Below are positions 10,660 to 20,000 of a stretch of DNA of 20,000 nt, in pieces. Where the stretch lies: the NCBI RefSeq assembly GCF_000372725.1, contig NW_005201403.1, positions 384,031-404,030 of the forward strand, given 5' to 3'. The notes beneath the pieces were generated by a model. That model was given only the letters and a program-made list of their open reading frames with translations, did not search any database and was not told the origin of the DNA. The stretch is from Emiliania huxleyi CCMP1516 (lineage: Eukaryota). Within the stretch, counting starts at the first letter, position 1. Every line of letters begins with the position of its first letter. Position numbers and translations under genes: made by a program.

Positions 10660-12260
10660 TTCTCTCTGCGAGAGCCCCGGCTGTCGCACACGCCGCTGGG
10701 GTGACGGGGCCGCTGTGGAGCGATGTGGTCAGGGGAACGACGACAAATATGGGACAAGCGCCAGCGGATCAAGGATCAGCACGGCGAGCGTGAGATACAA
10801 TTCGCCGACGTGGATGATCACAACGTGGACAAAGACGGTCGTGGGAGCGCGTGTGCGGCAGCAGGCGGGGGTGCCACACGGAGCGCGCCACGAGAGGATT
10901 ATGCGGGGAGAGGCGAGGAGAGAGACCCCGGGCGCCGCCACAAGGAGCGAACTCAGGGGCTGCCTCGTCTGTAAGGCCGCGAGGGACGCGGCGAGGAGGG
11001 CGGCACTAAAGCGAGACCCGCTGTGTCCGATCGTGCGGAAAGCCGCGCAGCAATGGACCGAGGAAGATGAGAACCCGCCTAGAGCGACGATGGCGCACTT
11101 GCTTAGCGGCGCCTGCCTGGGGAATAGGGAGCAGGCCAGATGGTTCCTCAGAGTAGCGCGAGCGCAGACGGGGACGGCGATCAGCAAAGTAGCACAGGCG
11201 GCGCCCGACTCCAAGCGTCCAAGGATACGCTGAAGACGCTGAGGATAGCGCATGTCGCTGCGCTGAAGGGCTCACGCTATAGGGTGCTGGATGAGGACGG
11301 GTACGATGCACTAGCCCCAGCCGTCGGGGGGGGGTTGCCGGCGCTGGTAGATGATCTCTCGGAGAAGAGCCGGAGGGACCTTGGCGCCGGGGTCACGAGG
11401 AACTTGCAAGTCGTGGCCGAGGCGGCGACGGGCGCGGTGCAGAGGTGGATCCGGCTCAATGATGAGGCTACGGCGCGCATAATGAAGAGAGAGGAACACA
11501 TCGAGTGGCTGAGGAAGCTCTTCACTGGGTGGAAAGAGGCTCGGCCGGCCTTGAGGGAGTCGCAGAGGAGGGATAACGCAGGCAACGCAGGGACGGGCCA
11601 ACAGCCAGTGGGACGAACGAGGGCCGCGACGGCGGCTCAAGCGGGAGGGAGCGGAGACGGTGGGCAGAGAGCGAAGTGGGTGAGACTGATGATGCTCCTT
11701 CGACTTAGGGAGCGGTTCAGATGCTGGGCGGGCTTCAGGCTGGTGCTCACGCGAAAAGGAATCGAAGCGATGTACAAAGCATACAAGAAGGGGAGAAGGA
11801 AGAGGAGAGACGCCGGTGAGGACGAAGCAGAAACTAGCGCAGACGAGAGCAGGGCAGACCCGGGGACTGGGGAGCCGGAGCAGACGGCATCGGCCGCCGA
11901 GGGAACGTTGGGAAGAGGCACGAGGAGGGCGGCGACCTCGACCGACTATGGAGGACCCGTCGCCAGACGACGCAGGGCAGAAGACGGTGAGGCGGAGCAG
12001 ACGCGCAGGGCGAGACGAGGGAGGGAGCAGGACTTTGCGGAGATCAGCAGGAGGATGTACGAAGAGATTAGGAGCACAGCAGGGACCCGAGGGACCATGT
12101 AGATGGAAGACGGCTAGTGCTAGTCCCCCATCGGGAGGACGACCCCGGCTAGTCGCCGACCACACCCACAAAGAACCCTGCACAAAGATCGCAAGGGCGG
12201 GGACCTGTTCCTTTTTACCCATCTCACAGTAGAGAGGTGTCCGTTTTTATTTATTTATTA
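10660..12260 (+). mobile_element. Probable 5'-truncated, frameshifted non-LTR retrotransposon remnant
   Basis: Intronless purine-rich ORFs 10715-11233 and 11140-12102 join by a 1-nt frameshift near 11216. CLVC...TMAHLLSGAC resembles the C-terminal CCHC zinc knuckle of LINE ORF2. A (TTTA)n tail lies at about 12244-12260. No RT motif or TSD was seen. Confidence 0.4.
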
Positions 12261-13181
12261 TCCCGCAGCCGCACGCAGCCGTAGCCGCAGCCCCAACTCG
12301 TGCTGCTCTTCTAGTGTCGGGTAGTGACCAGCACCAGGGGTGAGGGGACGGATTGAAGATCCCTCACACCAAGATCGTGCAGGGCGGGGACACATGTCCC
12401 TAAATCCCATCTCGTCTCAGAGTTTGACCGTTTTTGTTTTGTTTTTGCGTTCTCGCACATGGTCATGGATAGTGCGAGGTAAATCTCGACTGTTGCGGGG
12501 GGGCCATCCCAAACTGTCCCGGCCGGAGTGTGCGGGATGTCTGAGAGATTTTTGGAAACCAACAAGAAATCACGACTCTCACAGTGATTTGGGCTCGGCA
12601 GCTTGTCAGCCCTCAGCCGAAGCTGGGGCCGGTCCACCGTAGCCGAGAGAGCCCGCGCCGTTGAGTTCGACGCGGTCGGGGGGCCTTGCGGAGAGGCCAG
12701 CGAGTTGGTGATCGCTGTACTTCATGGCGCCCTCAAAGTGGGGCTGGCTGACTCGCCAGAGGTCGATACTCTGCGGGGGACGACCCTAGGATGCCACGAA
12801 TGCCTGAAGGAGAGGGAGGCGAGGCCAGAGGCAGACTCAGTCAGCTGCTCTCGGGTGATCTCGCTTTGGTGGCTGAAGGACCCGATGTGGCTGCGGGATC
12901 GAATCGCGGAAGGCTCATGCCCTCGCGGAGCGACGCGGGTCGCGCGGCGCGCGCGTGTGCGAAATGCGACAACAGACGACAGACGACAGACGCCTGAGCG
13001 CTGAACGACTGAACGAACGACCGTCGCCGCGATCGCCACCGCCGCCCTTTTGACGAGCAGCGCGAGCGCGCTCGTCGGCCGTCACGGGCCGGGAAAGAAG
13101 AAAAACGCGCGCATGGACGGCCGCTGCACCCCTGGACGGCCGCCAAGAGAAGGCCGGCGAGACGCCCCACCAGTCCCCGAG

Positions 13182-13928
13182 ATGCTGCTCGCAGTGACCC
13201 TGGCCGCCGCGCTGGTGCCACTGCCGTCCACGACTGTGCCGCTGCAGACGTTGGCCGCTGCAGCACCACCACTCTTGCGCTGCACGCTCCCGGAGATGGC
13301 TGCAAAGCTCCCGAGACGCATGGCCACTCGGCTCCCGAGACGGATCGTCTTCAGGCCGCGCCGGCTTGCGCCGCACGAGCTGGCGCTCGCGGTGCTCCTC
13401 GATGTCGAGCTGACCAACGCGATCGTGGCGCGTGCGCGGAAGCAGAAGAGCCTCGGCCAGGCGGAGCACTGCATGGCGGTCTACGTCAACGCGCCGTTGG
13501 CGGAGAAGGCTGAGGTGCTGGAGCGGTGGGCGAGGCTCGTGCTCGACAATGTAGAGGTGGGCGCGATTGCGGAGGACGCAGCGAGCGCGACGATCAGCGA
13601 CAGCGGCTCTGGACTGGTTCAGCTCGTGTTTGACAGGAGCAAGTACCCGAGCCCGCGGGAGGAGGCCGAGGCGGCGCTGGGCATGGCCGCCAAGCTGCGC
13701 AGGCAGCAGGCCAAGGTGGACTCGCTACGGCACCGCAACGAGGGCGCGGCGGCCGCGCTGGCAGGCTGGCAGAAGCGCGTGCGCATCGCTGCGGCGCGCG
13801 GGGAGGCGGAGGCGCTGCGAGCGCTGCGCGTCAAGCTGCTGCGCTCGAGCAAGCAGCTGGGACTCCGCCACGCCAAGATAGCAGAGTTTGGCCAGAATGA
13901 CGAGTGGGAGAACACGCTCGGCATCTGA
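13182..13928 (+). CDS. Hypothetical protein with N-terminal signal peptide (possibly plastid-targeted), 248 aa
   Basis: Single exon with strong GC3 bias. Starts with hydrophobic MLLAVTLAAALVPL and has a coiled-coil-like C-terminus. An alternative upstream ATG is at 13113. Confidence 0.65.
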   Translation: MLLAVTLAAALVPLPSTTVPLQTLAAAAPPLLRCTLPEMAAKLPRRMATRLPRRIVFRPRRLAPHELALAVLLDVELTNAIVARARKQKSLGQAEHCMAVYVNAPLAEKAEVLERWARLVLDNVEVGAIAEDAASATISDSGSGLVQLVFDRSKYPSPREEAEAALGMAAKLRRQQAKVDSLRHRNEGAAAALAGWQKRVRIAAARGEAEALRALRVKLLRSSKQLGLRHAKIAEFGQNDEWENTLGI

Positions 13929-14172
13929 CGAGCAGGAGGAGCAGCCCTCCCCAACGCAGCTTGCAGTTGCAGGCGTCGGCCGGCTGGCAGCGCTCGCCTC
14001 CCACAGCCGACGGCGGCCTGTTCCCCCCCGGGGGGGGGGTCTTGTGCCTAAGATTCTTTTGGAAAGAGAGTCACGCCAGTCGCCACGCGTGAGTTCGCCG
14101 CGTGAGGCGTCTGCATAGTTTCTGACGTAACTTAACACCGGGTTTCGCGCCACGCGCTTTCGCCACTTCTGC

Positions 14173-15132
14173 CTGAGCCCTAGCTGTCAGGCTGTCAGAT
14201 ATTGCTGTCAGGTGATCTGTCGGGCTGTCGGGCACTGTCAGGCACTGTCAGGTGCCTCTGTCAGACCAGCTGTCAGGTGCTGTCAGTGCTGTCGGGTGCT
14301 GTCCGGTGCTTGTCTGACAGGCGAGGTGCTCTGGTGCTGTCAGGTGCTGTCGGAGCTGTCGGGTGGTGCTGTCAGACGCTGTCGGAGCTGTCAGAGCTGT
14401 CAGGCTGCTGCTGCTGTCAGACGTAGGGCCGGTACTGTCAGGTGCTGTCAAGTGGTGCTGTTGGGGTGCTGTCAGGCTCTGACACTCACCAGCCACACTT
14501 ATGACACTATCAAGAGGAGACCGCAGCCAGTGAGAGTAGATCCACACAGTATAGGTCTCCCGGGGAGCGCAGATGGCGGCGCAGGCGCAGACCGCGGCGG
14601 CGGCACAAGCGGCGGCGGCCACCCCCACCCAGACGCCGTAGGCACATACTGTAGGGCCCCAGAAGGCTAGCTGGTAGCTTCATTTGTAGTAGCACAGCCG
14701 CCGGTGCTAGGGGTCCGCAGAGGTGAGGCGGGAGGGTTAAGAGTCAGAGAGCGCCCATGAGACCATCCCATGACCACATGGACCACACTCACATGCACAT
14801 GCAGTAGTTTTGTTAAACTCTCATGGGGCACAAGAAAGAGGCTGTATACGGTCTGTGTACGGTCTGTGCTGCTGTCGGGCTGGTCGGGCTGTCGGGCTGT
14901 CAGCGCTGCTGTCAGGCCACTGTGTGCTGTCGGGCTGTCGGGCAGCTGTCAGGCTGTCACGTTAGGGCCTGACAGCGACGGAGCACCTCGCCTGTCAGAC
15001 TCTGCTGTTCAGGCTGTCAGATACGTGCTGTCAGGCTGTCGGAGAAAGTGCTGTCAGCGCTGTCAGGCTGTCGGGCACTGTCAGGCGCTGTCCGGGCGGG
15101 GTTTGCTGTCAGGCTGTCAGACCAGGGCTCAG
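14173..15132. mobile_element. Non-autonomous DNA transposon (MITE-like), 960 bp, 8-bp TSD
   Basis: TIR CTGAGCCCT (14173-14181) / AGGGCTCAG (15124-15132). Identical flanking ACTTCTGC at 14165-14172 and 15133-15140. Dense subterminal CTGTCAG/CTGTCGG repeats at both ends. Confidence 0.85.
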
Positions 15133-15305
15133 ACTTCTGCTTATACGCATGTTGAAATATGTACACGTACGGCGAGAGCACGGCCTCCAGCTCGCAGCGC
15201 GAGGTGGGTGGGTGGGGGGGGGGGGTATCCCCCGGGGCGTGTGACGGGTCGTTCGCAAGCACGAGAGGATCCGACACGGCCCTAGGTCCTTTCCCACGAC
15301 CTTCG

Positions 15306-16608
15306 ATGATGAACGCGACGCCTGCCGACGGCCTCGCGTCGCTGATCCAGAACTCAGAGAGGCTCCTAGCCCTGCGGGCGAAGCTTCCGACGGCCGGGTT
15401 GCTGCAAACGCCGACACCAAGAGACTTCACCGACTTTGTTGCCGTCGCGGCGTGCTTCCTCATCTTCAACCTTCTCGTCATCCGCTTCACCGCTCCAGCA
15501 CCTGATGTTTTGCGCCGCATAGACTACGCGATGCGACAGTTCTCGATGCTCTGCTTCACCATCCTTGCTCGCTGGGGCTGGATGACGCTCGCGGTCTACT
15601 ACAGCCCTTGGGCGGCGATCGCCGCCTGGCCGCTTGCAATCTTTGAGACATGGTCCGTTCAGTTCAACGCCGACGTATACGAAGGACGTGCCATGAAGGG
15701 AGTAACGTGGCGTCACGCGAGCAAGGCTCGTGTCCCCGCTCGCGCCTCGCTGCCACCGCGCCAACCCGCCACCGCGGGCTCTCTAGCACCTCCCAACCAG
15801 CGCCTCGCTGTACTCGTCTCACTCACGCCCCCCCCCGGCCTCAGTGCCTCGTCGTGCTCGTGATGGAGGGGTTCGGCGTCTTCGCCGGCTTCCCGCTGGT
15901 AGTCAAGCTGCTCGGGTGGCGCCAGATGAGCTCGGGCGCGCCGACCGGGGCGATGCTGCTCCACGGAGCCGCGGGCATGACGCTCGCCTACGACCTCGGC
16001 CTGGACTTTGCCTTCTACCTCTTTCACCGCGCCTGCCACGAGAACAGGCGCCTCCCGAGAGAAGCGACCCCCGCCGCCAGCCAGGTCCCTGACCACTTCC
16101 CGTATGCCCGCACCCTGCCCCCGAGGCTCCTGTACCGCTGGATCCACAAGGAGCACCACACCGACACGGGCAAGGCGTTCGGTCCGCTCGTCGCCTTTGA
16201 GACGTGCGCCTGCAGATCGATCACGGATTGAAGTTTGCCCCGCTCATGCGCCGCAGAACCGCTGACGCACATCCCCAACGCGCGAGGCAGGTACACAATC
16301 ACCTGGTCCGAGGCGTCCTTCATCATGGTGGGGTACGTGCTTGGGCTCGCGCTCGCGGGCATCGTTGCCGCCGTCTTTGGCAGCGACGTGACACTTTTTC
16401 ACCTCGCTCTGCTCTTGTCATGGGGTTGCCGCCCATCCCCTCGCAACAGCCCTCGCTGCCTCTCCGCCGCCGCCCTCATGACACCTCTGCCCCCCCTTGG
16501 CCCTCGCACCCTCACTACCGCCTTCACCCCAGTCGCCTCGCCCCCACCCTCGCCCCCACCCCCAGGCCACTTGGTCGAGCTGCTGGGCCACTCGACCATG
16601 AGCTGGTC

Positions 16609-16660
<52 letters not shown>

Positions 16661-16998
16661 ACGCGTCCGCCTGTGACGCCCCTCCACTGTGTGGCTCATA
16701 GGACGATCAACGGCAACCCCCTCCGGCTGCTGCACGAGACTCTAGGCATCGAGCTAAAGGCGACTGCCCCTCCTCTCCCTCACGAGAAGGCTGTCTACGC
16801 GTGTGCTCACTCCCCACCCCGCGCGCCCCCGCACCGCTTCAGGTTCCCGACCACACCATGCACCACATCAAGCCCCTGTCCAACTACGGCAAGCGCACTG
16901 TGGTGTGGGACAAGCTCTTTGGCACTTACACCGCGCCTCCCGCCGCTCTCTACGACGCGCGGTGCGTGTCTGCCGACGGGAAGCCCAAGGCGCCCTGA
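15306..16998 (+). CDS. Fatty acid hydroxylase / sterol desaturase family membrane protein, 7 exons, 362 aa
   Basis: Exons 15306-15725, 15845-16047, 16126-16203, 16291-16424, 16566-16605, 16702-16759 and 16843-16998 sum to 1089 nt. His boxes FYLFHRACH, WIHKEHH, GHS and DHTMHH are followed by NYG...WDKLFGT, plus hydrophobic segments. Confidence 0.88.
16611..16659. repeat. (GA)n microsatellite in desaturase intron 5
   Basis: Direct observation. Confidence 0.95.
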
Positions 16999-17080
16999 CG
17001 CCGCCGTTGAGTACCGTTGTTCAAAGAGTGCTGGGGGCGGCCGCTCCAACGGCGGCTTCGGACCGTGGGCACGCGTACTT

Positions 17081-17485
17081 CTCGCGCCACGTGTGCTCTC
17101 TGCCTTGACTAGCTAGTGCATGCCTGCATGCCGTACGCTGCGCCGCCCGCCACACGACTTGTGGCCAGCGGAGTACCTTTGTCGACCGTAACATGATGTG
17201 CGGTGCACGTGTACTAGAACGCGAACCCACGTGCGACCACTCGTGCACTCGTCTTTGTGGTTGTGTCTTTTGCTGAGTAATGAGGTACTCGCGCCACGTG
17301 TGCTCTCTGCCTTGACTAGCTAGTGCATGCCTGCATGCCGTACGCTGCGCCACCCGCCACACGACTTGTGGCCAGCGGAGTACCTTTGTCGACCGTAACA
17401 TGATGTGCGGTGCACGTGTACTAGAACGCGAACCCACGTGCGACCACTCGAGCACTCGTCTTTGTGGTTGTGTCTTTTGCTGAGT
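17081..17485. repeat. Tandem duplication, 2 x 198 bp (period 207)
   Basis: 17081-17278 and 17288-17485 differ at 2 positions that I could see, with a 9-bp spacer AATGAGGTA. Confidence 0.93.
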
Positions 17486-18214
17486 GCCGTGTGTGCATAA
17501 AGGACAACGCCCCCAAGAATTGTTCGCTTCGACACCCCTTCGACGCCAGCCCTTGCGCCAGCGTTCGCGCCAGTCGCCAGAGTCGCCTCCCAGCCGACTC
17601 TATGTATCGCTCTCATTGCTGCTGGCGCGCGCGCGGTCGTTTGCGTGCTACCCTTCCCCACGCTGCGCTACACGCTCACGGCTCCCGCCGCCTTCGTACA
17701 CATCTCTTCCACCCTCAGCGCTCGCCCCTCTCCCGCGACCGGGAAGGCGTTGCCCGCACCGGTGTGTGCTTTTTAGCACGCGCGAGGAGCCTCGCGCGGT
17801 GAGCTTTCGCAGGTCGCGCGAGGAGAGGCGAGAGGGGCCCGGGTGCCGGGACACAAAGAGCCACAAAACCGCCGAGATCCAAGTACCAAGAACGCACAAA
17901 AGTGGAAGAGTGCCCCCCTTAGGCTTAGGTCATTCACGATGGTGTGCGAAAGCCGAAACCGATAGGCGATACCGAAAGGCCGCTCAGTCTGCCCGCCACA
18001 GACAGTCTGGAGAGAGAGTCCCTGCACCCTGGTCTAGGCACAAGGGGCACACCCTCGTCTTTTTGAAGCGACAACAAGCGTCGGAGTGGGATGCGTGTAC
18101 TCTACCTGAGGCTCTGCTTCGATATGACCGCCTAAAGCCTCTACATTCCTATCTTCCTAGTACCAACGCGCGCCTACGGCTCTAGGCTACTGGACCTGCC
18201 GAGAGGCAGCACTG

Positions 18215-18319
18215 CCCGCCACTCCTCCTTTATCTTTCAGCGTCGGGCGAGCGCGGGCCGGGGGTCAGCGACCGTTCCGGCTTCCCAGCGCCGCCGTCAT
18301 CCGCGGAGTTTGGGGCGGG
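18215..18319 (-). promoter_or_regulatory. SECIS element (type II-like)
   Basis: On the minus strand: AUGA (18300-18297), 13 nt of helix II (CGGCGGCGCUGGG), AA (18283-18282), mini-helix GCCGG/CCGGC, CCGCGCUCGCC, then C-GA (GA at 18244-18243). Outer helix CCCGCC..ACUCC / GGAGU-GGCGGG. Begins about 45 nt after the stop codon. Confidence 0.8.
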
Positions 18320-18363
18320 TACTGCCACAACTACGAGGCGCACACACTGCCGCTGGCGCCTGC

Positions 18364-19597
<1,234 letters not shown>

Positions 19598-20000
19598 CGC
19601 AACCGGAGGTGTGTGAGCTCTTCTTTTTCAGGTTACAGTGGGTTGCGGGCATTAAGGTCCCTCGGGCCAGTTGGGGGGGGCAAACCCTGCCCGCCCCCTA
19701 GAGCTCCAGGTAAGGCCCAGGTGTGGCCTAGGGCATGAGAAGGGACCAAGAGGAGTCCAGTCTGAGCCATAGAGCCCATGTCTTTGCCCCCGAAGGTCGC
19801 GTTCAAATGCCCGGAACGGCCGTCTCAGTGGTGTCCGGCCGGCGCGATCACCGAGCTGTGACGCTCAGGGAAGCCCGATGAGGTACTGGTTTCTTTGCCC
19901 AGGGCTGGCCTTCCCCCCAGGCTGGATCAGCTGAGCAAGGTTTGGGGAGAATCCCCCGGTCAGATCTTCAGATATTTTGACGGATGACCGAAATCACCCC

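Noticed and set aside
12311..13040. Short ORFs between the retroelement remnant and the 13182 gene
   Set aside because: No consistent frame, codon bias or recognisable domain.
14202..15285. Cys-rich ORFs over the CTGTCAG repeats
   Set aside because: They are translations of transposon subterminal repeats.
17484..18185. 233-aa ORF on +
   Set aside because: Non-ATG start, no GC3 bias and no recognisable homology.

Overview
GC-rich eukaryotic genomic DNA with short introns, many GC-AG splice donors and 10-11 bp intronic tandem repeats. I infer a haptophyte such as Emiliania/Gephyrocapsa huxleyi; this is not proven. Manually spliced genes: a 12-exon mitochondrial EF-G (-), a 2-exon Nudix hydrolase (+), a secreted or plastid-targeted hypothetical protein (+), a 7-exon fatty-acid hydroxylase/sterol desaturase (+), a gap-interrupted hypothetical gene (+), and a 5-exon DsbA/FrnE-family oxidoreductase (-). 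The last has an in-frame TGA in its U-P-W-C active site and a SECIS-like element in its 3' UTR, so it is probably a selenoprotein, and the ORF track misses its N-terminus. Also present: a 960-bp non-autonomous DNA transposon with an 8-bp TSD, a probable non-LTR retrotransposon remnant and a 207-bp-period duplication. The most striking pattern is that many introns consist of a 16-33 bp duplicate of the adjacent exon junction plus a filler of 10-11-mer repeats. In EF-G one such 70-bp GC..AG intron unit is amplified into about 32 tandem copies.
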